NCBI GenBank assembly: GCA_041665145.1
Contig: JBAYJK010000001.1
Coordinates: forward strand, 357,629 to 421,628
Source of the DNA: Patescibacteria group bacterium
Lineage (GTDB): Bacteria; Patescibacteriota; Microgenomatia; UBA1406
DNA length: 64,000 nucleotides
Direction of reading: 5' to 3'
Part shown: one piece after another, positions 55,270 to 63,156 of the stretch
Numbering within the stretch: the first letter of the stretch is position 1
How the letters are laid out: every line of letters starts with the position of its first letter
Position numbers and translations under genes: made by a program
The notes under the pieces: model-generated
Databases searched by the model: none
Told to the model about the DNA's origin: nothing
What the model saw: only the letters and a program-made list of their open reading frames with translations

Positions 55270-56586
55270 CTAGTATAAAACAAGTAATAAGCCAAGAAGA
55301 CTTAATCCGGATGCTGCAACAATTGCGAATGTATTTACACTTCCCGCACTCGGGAGCCGTTGCACAACAACAGTTGGGGTCGGGAAGACGGGTGCCTCTG
55401 TCGGTAAAACAGTTGGTGTTAGTAGCGTGGGGGTCAGCTGGGTTACGGATATGGCTGGGGTTGCAGTCGGTGCAAACGTAACTGTGGGAGTTAGTGTGGC
55501 TGATCCTGTAGCATCACCAAGAACAGATTCCCCGCTTTTCCCGATCATGAAAGCGACGCTTTGTGTCTGTCCAGTTACTTTACTGGTTACTGAAAGCGTG
55601 TAATTTCCGGGCAACAGAGGCGTTTTGTGTACTAGTTTCCATTCACCATAGCTATTTGTCATTAACACGGCTGAACTTGACGGCGGGTTGAGGGATACCA
55701 TTACCAAACTGCTTGGCTTAGTGATACCTCTGAACACTGGAAACTGTGAAGCGACTGACGTGCCATTTCTCGGAAAAACGATTAGTTGATTCTGAGTTTC
55801 TTGTGTTTGATTGTTTTCACCCAACACTGCATTCGGGTCGGTAAAATCTGCATTCGAGCCGAGGATAACCGATTTCATGGGACCGGCGTCTTTGTAACGT
55901 ACCGTTACGTGTGAGACCAAACCACCTTTTCTGAATGTAACCGACATAATATCCTCTTCTTTCAACGTAATCTGTTGCGTACGGGTGTCTACAATAAGCG
56001 GAAACGTTACGATCCATTCGCCGCCCTGCTTACTGAGTGTCGTGAATGGGGCATATAACTGGTGTTTCTTGGACGTGATGGTGATCAGCACATCCTCAAT
56101 CGGCTGAAGCTTGCTGTTAAGTATTTTACCGAACATTGGAGGGTGGGTCGATTGGGAATTCACTTGAGCAAGAGTTCTGAGAATAATCGGTTTCAGGGCA
56201 TCGTTATACTCTTTTCCGTTAATGACAGGTACGATCAAATATGATGTATTGGGCTTGAGTTGTTCAAGTGTGATGTAGTGAACATTTCGGGCGGTTGGAG
56301 CTGAATTATCACGATCATCAAACCGAACCATATCGAGATTATTCTCGGTGCCGTACTTCAGGAAAACCGTTGCTTTTTGTGATGTGGTAAATGAAATGGT
56401 GCCGGCAGAGTCGGTAACGTTCCCAAATTGCATGTTGGAGGGCGAAACTGTAAGAGAAGCTTTGGAAGTGTACGAAGTTCGACCGGACGTGAAGACGAAG
56501 CCTACGCCGAAAAGCATAAAAACAATGAGGGTGTATGCAAGGACACTCGATATTTTTTTTGGCTGGTATAAAAAGTAATAACTCAT
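55270..56586 (-). CDS. Surface protein with FN3-like and Ig-like domains, PT-rich stalk and LPSAG + hydrophobic C-terminal tail
   Basis: N-terminal signal anchor; FN3/purple-acid-phosphatase-N-like segment (GNVTDSAGTISFTTSQKATVFLKYG...LKPNTSY); Ig-like segment (LLPGNYTLSVTS). C-terminus is QRLPSAG followed by SVNTFAIVAASGLSLLGLLLVLY. Confidence 0.55.
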   Translation of the reverse strand: MSYYFLYQPKKISSVLAYTLIVFMLFGVGFVFTSGRTSYTSKASLTVSPSNMQFGNVTDSAGTISFTTSQKATVFLKYGTENNLDMVRFDDRDNSAPTARNVHYITLEQLKPNTSYLIVPVINGKEYNDALKPIILRTLAQVNSQSTHPPMFGKILNSKLQPIEDVLITITSKKHQLYAPFTTLSKQGGEWIVTFPLIVDTRTQQITLKEEDIMSVTFRKGGLVSHVTVRYKDAGPMKSVILGSNADFTDPNAVLGENNQTQETQNQLIVFPRNGTSVASQFPVFRGITKPSSLVMVSLNPPSSSAVLMTNSYGEWKLVHKTPLLPGNYTLSVTSKVTGQTQSVAFMIGKSGESVLGDATGSATLTPTVTFAPTATPAISVTQLTPTLLTPTVLPTEAPVFPTPTVVVQRLPSAGSVNTFAIVAASGLSLLGLLLVLY

Positions 56587-56777
56587 TTTCGTTGCTCCAA
56601 TTTTTTCAATAAATCGATTCCCACTAATGGTTTGATGACTACCGTTGAGCTTTTTTGATAATCAACCACGAAATTCGTATTATTCTGAATATGATACAAA
56701 TCGACAACAATCCACGCAATTACCGTCATCATAATAACGAGTGACAGTATAAATAGCTCTTTATTTTTTGAATACAT
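56583..56777 (-). CDS. Small single-pass membrane protein (64 aa) in the PilN/PilO-like operon
   Basis: ATG 56777 lies 1 nt after the PilO-like stop. Its own stop overlaps the next start as ATGA. TM helix LFILSLVIMMTVIAWIVV. Confidence 0.4.
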   Translation of the reverse strand: MYSKNKELFILSLVIMMTVIAWIVVDLYHIQNNTNFVVDYQKSSTVVIKPLVGIDLLKKLEQRK

Positions 56778-56778
56778 G

Positions 56779-57336
56779 TTATTTGTCAACGAAATAGTAA
56801 CTGTTCACCGTCGCGCTAAATCGTAATTCGGCACTTGAACTGGTGCTTTCCCCCTGTCCCAAATCGATACTTTTCATATAGAAAAGTCGCGGAGAAATAT
56901 ACAAATTGCGAGCATAATCTATCAGGTCTTTATATGAAGCTTTACCGCCGAGATTGATGGGGATGACGACAAGCCCTTGTGCTGCAACTGGCTTGAGTTG
57001 GATTTCCGCAAGTCCGAACGTACTTAGTTGCATTCTCTGATCGAGTAATACATCCATATCCTGAAGGTTGAGGGATGCCGGAATTGCGAGATCGATGAGT
57101 TCTTTTTTACTGAGCAGGCGCATGTAGTCTGCCTGAAGTGTAATGATTTGCTGGATTTTTGCTTCAAGATCCGTATTTACTTTTGTGTACAGTGTTTTTT
57201 CATGAAATAACGTCAATATGAGTGCAAGGGATGGGCGCACGGCAAAAAAACCAAAGAAAGCTATCGTCAGTAACGTGAATGCCAGTGTTTGATAGTCACG
57301 TATTGATCGCTGTGTTTTCTTTTTGGACTCTCTCAT
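56779..57336 (-). CDS. PilO-like pilus-assembly (alignment complex) protein
   Basis: Short cytoplasmic N-terminus, one TM helix, coiled coil, then alpha/beta domain. Architecture and motif (IDLAIPASLNLQDMDVLL) resemble PilO. No sequence search was done. Confidence 0.5.
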   Translation of the reverse strand: MRESKKKTQRSIRDYQTLAFTLLTIAFFGFFAVRPSLALILTLFHEKTLYTKVNTDLEAKIQQIITLQADYMRLLSKKELIDLAIPASLNLQDMDVLLDQRMQLSTFGLAEIQLKPVAAQGLVVIPINLGGKASYKDLIDYARNLYISPRLFYMKSIDLGQGESTSSSAELRFSATVNSYYFVDK

Positions 57337-57338
57337 GG

Positions 57339-57854
57339 TTATTTCACGGACAAATCAAACGAATATATGTTTTTTTCTTTACTCACTCTATCAATAGTTA
57401 CTGATCCAAGCTTTATTTTTTGCAGACGAAGCTGCAGGCGTTTAATATCAACTGACTCGAACGTGTGACCTGAAACCGTTAACCCTTTCGCTCCGATAAC
57501 AACATGATCAAGAGTAACCGACTGGGGAATATTCTTCAACGTAGCCGTGAGCAGCTGGTACTGACGAACGGTTTGGTCGACAAGGCCGTTCATCAGTTCC
57601 ATTTTTTGAGACAATTGCGTGCTGTTATTGATCATGGGAATGGCAGCCAATATTATCTGGTTTTTCTGGTCAATACTTTCCTTCAGATCAATGATCGATT
57701 GATCAAGTACTATCTTGATAAAAAAGACTGATAAAACAACAAGCTGGGTTATTATAATAATATACTTTGCGTAGGTATTGAAAAACAATACAGCATCTGC
57801 AATAAAAGAACCCCCCTTCTTATGGAAAAGGTTAAACCTGAAGTTTTTAGCCAT
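57339..57854 (-). CDS. PilN-like pilus-assembly protein
   Basis: N-terminal FRFNLF (INLLP-like) peptide, TM helix, coiled coil, C-terminal ferredoxin-like region (VTLDHVVIGAKGLTVSGHT). Start is 57854 or 57869; either overlaps the rpsT 3' end. Confidence 0.5.
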   Translation of the reverse strand: MAKNFRFNLFHKKGGSFIADAVLFFNTYAKYIIIITQLVVLSVFFIKIVLDQSIIDLKESIDQKNQIILAAIPMINNSTQLSQKMELMNGLVDQTVRQYQLLTATLKNIPQSVTLDHVVIGAKGLTVSGHTFESVDIKRLQLRLQKIKLGSVTIDRVSKEKNIYSFDLSVK

Positions 57855-58092
57855 TTTTACCTTTGACACGCTTACCGAGCTTGGACTTTAAGCGGGCAGC
57901 AGTGTTTTTGTGCAATATTCCTTTTTTGACAGACTTATCAACTAGAGAAAAAGCTTTCTGCAACAATTCTTTGGTACCTTTCGCTACAAATGCAGTAACA
58001 GCTTCCCGGTACTTTTTCTTGTACGCGCTGTTTAATACTCGCTTCTTCTTGTCTTGGCGCAATTTCTTTTTTGCGGATGTAATATTTGGCAT
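57847..58092 (-). CDS. rpsT: 30S ribosomal protein S20 (bS20)
   Basis: MPNITSAKKKLRQDKKKRVLN...HKNTAARLKSKL. ATG 58092 preferred over the listed 58161. TATAAA lies 6 nt upstream. Confidence 0.92.
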   Translation of the reverse strand: MPNITSAKKKLRQDKKKRVLNSAYKKKYREAVTAFVAKGTKELLQKAFSLVDKSVKKGILHKNTAARLKSKLGKRVKGKNG

Positions 58093-58135
58093 GAAACCTT
58101 TATAATAACTGGTAATTAATACTAAAATTATACTC

Positions 58136-59815
58136 ATGATGACACGTGTTTGGCAAGGCATAAAAAAGCTCTACCAGGGAAAACAGGCGACTTTGTATAC
58201 ATCTACCATCGTTGTTGCCCTTACTTTGCTCTTGGTGAGGTTGATAGGGGTTGTCAAACTGAGAATATTGACCGGCTATTTCAACAAAAGCCAGTTGGAT
58301 ATATTCTTTGCCGCCTTCAGATTACCGGATTTCGTTTTTGAGATTATGGTTGCGGGATCGATCGGAGCTTGTTTTATACCGATGATCAGCGACCTTTTAT
58401 CAAAAAAAGGTACTGCCCGAAAAGAAATAATGGAGTTTACCCAGGCTTTGTCGGTAATTTTTTTGGCGGTGTGGGGAATTCTGTTTATATGTATGCTTCC
58501 TTTTTTTCCCCAGATAATTAGATTTATGTTACCGGGCTATAGTGCGAGTGAGGTGACACTCGTTAGTACGATCTCATTGTGGATACTTTTTTTCCAAGTA
58601 CCGTTTCTGCTTGTCGGAAACCTTGCATCGACAGTGCTCCAGGCCGAGAAGCAGTTTATGATTCCGGGGCTCGCCCCTTTTTTCTATAATGTGGGAATTA
58701 TTTTCGGTGTAGTTTTATGGTCACAAAGCGCCGGATTATATGCAGCACTTTACGGAGTTATTTTGGGTGCAGTTATGTATGTGTTGATTCTCATTCCCGG
58801 ATTATGGTGGTTCGGGTATCGATTTGTTCCCAAAATAACGCTTGTCAGTGTACGAATCAGACAATTTTTTAAGCTTTTTTTCCCCCGAATGTTCAGCTCG
58901 CTCGTATCTCAGATTGATGCGACGGTTGATTTATCGCTTGCGTCTCTCAGCGGACTTGGTAGTTACTCATCGTTTTATCTTGCACGTAGCCTACAGCTTC
59001 TGCCGGTCAGTTTTTTGGGGATTGCACTTTCTGAAACTGCCTTGCCATTTTTTACGGATGTGAAAAATGAAGGAAACACCGGAAGGCTGCTTGACATGAG
59101 TATCAGATTAATCGCACAGATATTTTTTATCATGGGGCCGATAATAATTGCATTTACCGTTCTCAGGATTCCACTGACCCGGTTGGTATTCGGAGGAGAT
59201 AAATTTGACTGGACGCAGACTGTTCAAACTGCCCAGATCCTCTCCGTGTTTGCCCTATCTCTGCCGTTTCATACTGTCTATTACATAATTACCCGTGTGT
59301 TTTTTGCGCTCGAAGATACACGCACCCCGTTTGTTACCGGTGCGCTATGTACCGCGCTTAATACGGCTCTCAGTATCGTGTTTATCGTGGTCCTCAAGCT
59401 CCCCGTATGGTATTTGGCGCTGGCGTTCGGTGTTTCCATGACGATTAATTCAACGGTGCTGTTCTATATTTTGCTGAAACGCCTTGATCATGTGAGACTG
59501 TTACCTTTCTTAGTACGAATCACTGCAATTTTGATAGTAACTGTTGTTACCGGGGCAATTGTGCTCATGGTACGGAAAGTGCTTGACGGGTTGATATTTG
59601 ATACGACACGGACAATAAATCTTTTCTTTCTCAGTTCATTCTGTGTTTTGGTTGAAGGGCTTGTGTATATGTATCTTTCTTGGGTAATTATTCCGAGCGA
59701 ACTGTCGGAAACGCTCAGTTTGTTAACCCGATTATCAATTGTTAAAAAAACTGTCTCGAAGTATAGACAGATGTTTATACCCGCTCAGAACCTGAGCGAA
59801 GAGGAGAAAATATAA
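58136..59815 (+). CDS. murJ: Lipid II flippase MurJ (MviN)
   Basis: 559 aa, about 14 TM helices. N-terminal pattern LLVRLIGVVKLRILTGYF...FFAAFRLPDF is typical of MurJ. Confidence 0.88.
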   Translation: MMTRVWQGIKKLYQGKQATLYTSTIVVALTLLLVRLIGVVKLRILTGYFNKSQLDIFFAAFRLPDFVFEIMVAGSIGACFIPMISDLLSKKGTARKEIMEFTQALSVIFLAVWGILFICMLPFFPQIIRFMLPGYSASEVTLVSTISLWILFFQVPFLLVGNLASTVLQAEKQFMIPGLAPFFYNVGIIFGVVLWSQSAGLYAALYGVILGAVMYVLILIPGLWWFGYRFVPKITLVSVRIRQFFKLFFPRMFSSLVSQIDATVDLSLASLSGLGSYSSFYLARSLQLLPVSFLGIALSETALPFFTDVKNEGNTGRLLDMSIRLIAQIFFIMGPIIIAFTVLRIPLTRLVFGGDKFDWTQTVQTAQILSVFALSLPFHTVYYIITRVFFALEDTRTPFVTGALCTALNTALSIVFIVVLKLPVWYLALAFGVSMTINSTVLFYILLKRLDHVRLLPFLVRITAILIVTVVTGAIVLMVRKVLDGLIFDTTRTINLFFLSSFCVLVEGLVYMYLSWVIIPSELSETLSLLTRLSIVKKTVSKYRQMFIPAQNLSEEEKI

Positions 59816-59816
59816 T

Positions 59817-61076
59817 ATGCAGGAAGAACGGATCATTGCGCTTGAAGCAATAAAAAAGAAACTGGTCGGCAGGGCATTGACATATGAGGATTCATATGCC
59901 GTAATGAACCAATTTTCCAAAAAAGAATTAGGTGATATCTTTGTCGCATATTTTGCCGCCGCATCATTCAAGGAGGGTTTTACAGATGACGAACTGTATT
60001 TTTTAACGAAAGCCATGGTGGAAACAGGAAAGAAGTTCGATTTCGAAGGTATTGTCGCAGACAAACATTCAATTGGCGGTATGCCGGGAACCCGCGCAAC
60101 GATGATTATCGTGCCGATAATTGCAGCCGCCGGGTTCTTGATCCCGAAAACATCCTCGCGTGCCATTACAACGCCGGCAGGTACGGCAGATTGTATGGAA
60201 GTCTTTGCCCCAGTTGACATACCGTTTGACAAATTGCGCGGAATTGTCGAACGCACGGGGGGTTGTATCGTATGGGGTGGGCACCTGGGAATTGCTCCTG
60301 CTGATGATATTATTATTCGTGTTGAAGAGCCTCTCGCGTTTGAGTCGTTTGATAAAATCATGATTTCCGTATTGGCAAAGAAAGTCGCAGCGTCTTCCAA
60401 ATTGCTTGTCCTCGACATTCCTGTCGGACCAACAATGAAAGTAAAATATGTAAAGGACGCGCTTGCTTTTTCAGAACGTTTCGTACGACTTGCGCGGAGA
60501 TTCGATATTACCGTGAAGCCTGAAATAAATTTCCAATTCGAGCCTGCAGGCCGAGGTATTGGCCCGCTCCTTGAGGCAAACGATGCATTACGGGTTTTGG
60601 AACAGACTGCGGATCGTCCGATAGCGCTTGAAGACAAATCGCTTAAAATTGCGAGCAGGCTCTTGGATATGTGTTTTCAAAAATCCGGAAGGAAAGATGA
60701 TGCGTTACGGGTCACCGAAGAAATACTTCGATCCGGGAAAGCCCTCAAGAAGTTCAAAGAGATAATCGAAGCTCAGGGCGGTGATCCTTCCGTAACCTCA
60801 ACAAGCATTCCGCTTGCTCCACACAAGTACGATGTCCTGTCAACAGAGACGGGAACAATTACCGGAGTCAACAATTATAATATTACTGCACTTGCAAAAG
60901 TACTGGGAGCACCGGTTCAAAAGAAATCGGGAATGTTGCTGCGTACCCGATATAACGCAAAAGTTTCAAAAAATGATATACTTTTCACGTTGTATTCCGA
61001 AGACGAAGGAAAACTGAAGGAAGCATTGGATATTTTGCCAAAATTACCAGTTTATGAGTTTAAAAAAGAACAATGA
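59817..61076 (+). CDS. Thymidine-phosphorylase-family enzyme, archaeal AMP-phosphorylase-like subgroup
   Basis: DKHSIGGMPGTRATMIIVPIIAAAG, SSRAITTPAGTADCMEV and AGRGIGPLLEANDALRVLEQ motifs resemble archaeal AMP phosphorylase rather than E. coli DeoA (KHSTGGVGD, GRGLGHTGGTLD). Confidence 0.8.
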   Translation: MQEERIIALEAIKKKLVGRALTYEDSYAVMNQFSKKELGDIFVAYFAAASFKEGFTDDELYFLTKAMVETGKKFDFEGIVADKHSIGGMPGTRATMIIVPIIAAAGFLIPKTSSRAITTPAGTADCMEVFAPVDIPFDKLRGIVERTGGCIVWGGHLGIAPADDIIIRVEEPLAFESFDKIMISVLAKKVAASSKLLVLDIPVGPTMKVKYVKDALAFSERFVRLARRFDITVKPEINFQFEPAGRGIGPLLEANDALRVLEQTADRPIALEDKSLKIASRLLDMCFQKSGRKDDALRVTEEILRSGKALKKFKEIIEAQGGDPSVTSTSIPLAPHKYDVLSTETGTITGVNNYNITALAKVLGAPVQKKSGMLLRTRYNAKVSKNDILFTLYSEDEGKLKEALDILPKLPVYEFKKEQ

Positions 61077-61285
61077 TCGTATCTAAATTCAAGCCGCTTA
61101 TTGCGCCATTGCAACTATGGCTTTTGTCGATGTCCCGATGTGTCGGTTGCGGTAAGGAGCTTACGAAAGTGCAGCGCGCTCCCCACGGAAAGGGTGAAGA
61201 ATTAGTCACCTGCGAGTGTAGTCGTATCTATGTATACGATATCAAAAATAAGAGCTACCGAAGGGCGCTTGTCAAAGAAGTCTAA
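61073..61285 (+). CDS. Small Cys-rich (zinc-ribbon-like) protein, hypothetical
   Basis: 70 aa, CVGCG...CEC. ATGA overlap with the upstream phosphorylase gene. Confidence 0.45.
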   Translation: MIVSKFKPLIAPLQLWLLSMSRCVGCGKELTKVQRAPHGKGEELVTCECSRIYVYDIKNKSYRRALVKEV

Positions 61286-61288
61286 AGC

Positions 61289-62245
61289 ATGAAAAAACGT
61301 TACGTCGGTCCACTAGTAGTGATTATCCTCATGGCTGCAGGTGTTTTTTTGTGGTTCAAAGAAGGACAGCTTCCCGTCAATCCCACTGATAAGACAATCC
61401 ATTCGTTTGTCATTGAACAGGGGCAGTCGATGAACGTAATTATTAATGATTTACAGAAGCAGGATCTTATCCGTAATAGAGTCGTATTCTATGCGCTGAT
61501 TAAGAAGCTGGGAATCGAGCGTTCGATTCAGGCAGGCGAGTATCGGCTAACCAAGGCTATGACAGCAACAGAGATAGCAGAGAATCTTACTCACGGCACT
61601 CGAGACACGTGGGTAACGGTAGTTGAGGGGTTGCGCAAAGAAGAAATAGCGCAGTTGTTTGCGAAATCTCACAATATTAAGGAACTGGATTTTATTCTTG
61701 AAGCACAAGAAGGAATGCTTTTTCCAGATACCTACCTATTGCCGTCGGGGATTACTGCTAAAGATGTTGTTGCTACCCTGTTGAGCAATTTCGAACAGAA
61801 GGCCCGTCCGGTGTTGCGACAAGCAGGAGTCAAGAATTTAAATTCCGATGAAATACTCGTACTCGCGTCGCTTATTGAGCGGGAAGCAAAAAGCTATGAA
61901 GATCGGCAAATGGTTGCGGGAATCCTGCTGAATCGTATTGACGACGGCATGCCTTTGCAGGTTGATGCAACCGTGCAGTATGCTCTGGGATTTGACGAAA
62001 CCACGAATTCGTGGTGGAAAAAAGACCTCACATTCGAAGATCTGAAAGTTAACTCCCCATACAATACCTATGAAAACGCAGGCTTGCCTCCGGGCCCGAT
62101 TTGTAATCCCGGACTCGATGCCATTAGGGCTGTCATTAATGAAACGCCATCAGACTATCTGTACTATCTCACCGACGAAAAAGGTGTCATGCATTACGGC
62201 AAAACGCTTGAAGAACACAATCAGAATATAAAGAAGTATTTGTAA
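61289..62245 (+). CDS. mltG: Endolytic murein transglycosylase MltG (YceG family)
   Basis: N-terminal TM helix; LASLIEREAKS and YNTYENAGLPPGPICNPG motifs. Confidence 0.9.
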   Translation: MKKRYVGPLVVIILMAAGVFLWFKEGQLPVNPTDKTIHSFVIEQGQSMNVIINDLQKQDLIRNRVVFYALIKKLGIERSIQAGEYRLTKAMTATEIAENLTHGTRDTWVTVVEGLRKEEIAQLFAKSHNIKELDFILEAQEGMLFPDTYLLPSGITAKDVVATLLSNFEQKARPVLRQAGVKNLNSDEILVLASLIEREAKSYEDRQMVAGILLNRIDDGMPLQVDATVQYALGFDETTNSWWKKDLTFEDLKVNSPYNTYENAGLPPGPICNPGLDAIRAVINETPSDYLYYLTDEKGVMHYGKTLEEHNQNIKKYL

Positions 62246-62247
62246 GA

Positions 62248-63102
62248 TTATCTCAATCCCTCGAGAAGTTTCCGTTGTTGGTGAGTGATTGATGTGGGAA
62301 TTTCAATTTTGACCACAACATACAAGTCTCCCTTGTTCTTTGAATTAGGGAAGGGAATACCGAAGCCTTTCAATCGTATAACCGTGTTAGGTTGAGTCCC
62401 CGGCTTAATAGCTATCCGCACGTCTTTCTCAAGCGTCGGAACCATCAGCGTCGTTCCAAGAATCGCATCCACATAATGGACTTTTTGATCGATAAAAATA
62501 TTTTGGCCTTCACGCCGGTACGTTTTGCTGGGGGCAACCTCCACCTGGATATCAAACTCCTCAAAGCGGATTCTGTTTCCACTGTCAACACCGGCAGGGA
62601 TTTTGATCTTGCGATTGTGCCCTTGAATAACGAATTGCTTTTCCGTACCCCGGGCCGCCTCATCGAACGTAAGGTTTAGTTGATAAATGTTGCGTCGTTT
62701 CTGTTGTCTCCCGCCACCATAAGGTGAACGGAAACCGAAAAAGCTTTCAAAAATGTCAAACGGATCAACCTGCCCACCATTTCCTCCAAAACCGAATTGT
62801 TCAAAAATATCATTAATATTTCCTGAGTATTGGTATGAACCTCCGGCTTGTCCACCGCCGCCAAATGGAGATTGACCACTTACTCCGGCATGCCCGAATT
62901 GGTCATATGCTTGTCGTTTTTTTTCGTCGTGTAGCATTTCAAACGCTTCGTTTATCTCCTTAAACTTCTCCGTGGCGTTTGCTGATTTATTGCGGTCGGG
63001 ATGCCATTCGAGCGCAAGTTTACGATAGGCACGCTTAATCTCATCGGCGGATGCCGTCTTTGATACTCCCAAAACTTCGTAGTAGTCGCGCTTGGTGGTC
63101 AT
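62248..63102 (-). CDS. J-domain co-chaperone, DnaJ/CbpA type without the Cys-rich zinc-finger domain
   Basis: J domain DYYEVLGV...HPDRN, G/F-rich region, then C-terminal substrate-binding domains. No CxxCxGxG repeats; 284 aa. Confidence 0.85.
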   Translation of the reverse strand: MTTKRDYYEVLGVSKTASADEIKRAYRKLALEWHPDRNKSANATEKFKEINEAFEMLHDEKKRQAYDQFGHAGVSGQSPFGGGGQAGGSYQYSGNINDIFEQFGFGGNGGQVDPFDIFESFFGFRSPYGGGRQQKRRNIYQLNLTFDEAARGTEKQFVIQGHNRKIKIPAGVDSGNRIRFEEFDIQVEVAPSKTYRREGQNIFIDQKVHYVDAILGTTLMVPTLEKDVRIAIKPGTQPNTVIRLKGFGIPFPNSKNKGDLYVVVKIEIPTSITHQQRKLLEGLR

Positions 63103-63109
63103 TGTTGAT

Positions 63110-63139
63110 AAAAAAACATGGGCCGGGAAACCCGGCCCC
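63110..63139 (-). terminator. Intrinsic terminator between dnaK and the J-protein gene
   Basis: On the minus strand: GGGCCGGG-TTT-CCCGGCCC stem-loop 17 nt after the dnaK stop, then AUG and a 7-U tract. The tract ends 7 nt before the J-protein ATG. Confidence 0.6.
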
Positions 63140-63156
63140 TACGTAATTTCTTTATT

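Noticed and set aside
59735-60637. 300-aa ORF on the minus strand, one of the longest unexplained ORFs in the track
   Set aside because: It lies entirely antisense to the well-supported phosphorylase gene (and the murJ 3' end). Its product is low-complexity and Ser/Ala/Ile-rich with no recognisable motif. This is a typical shadow ORF of a codon-biased gene.
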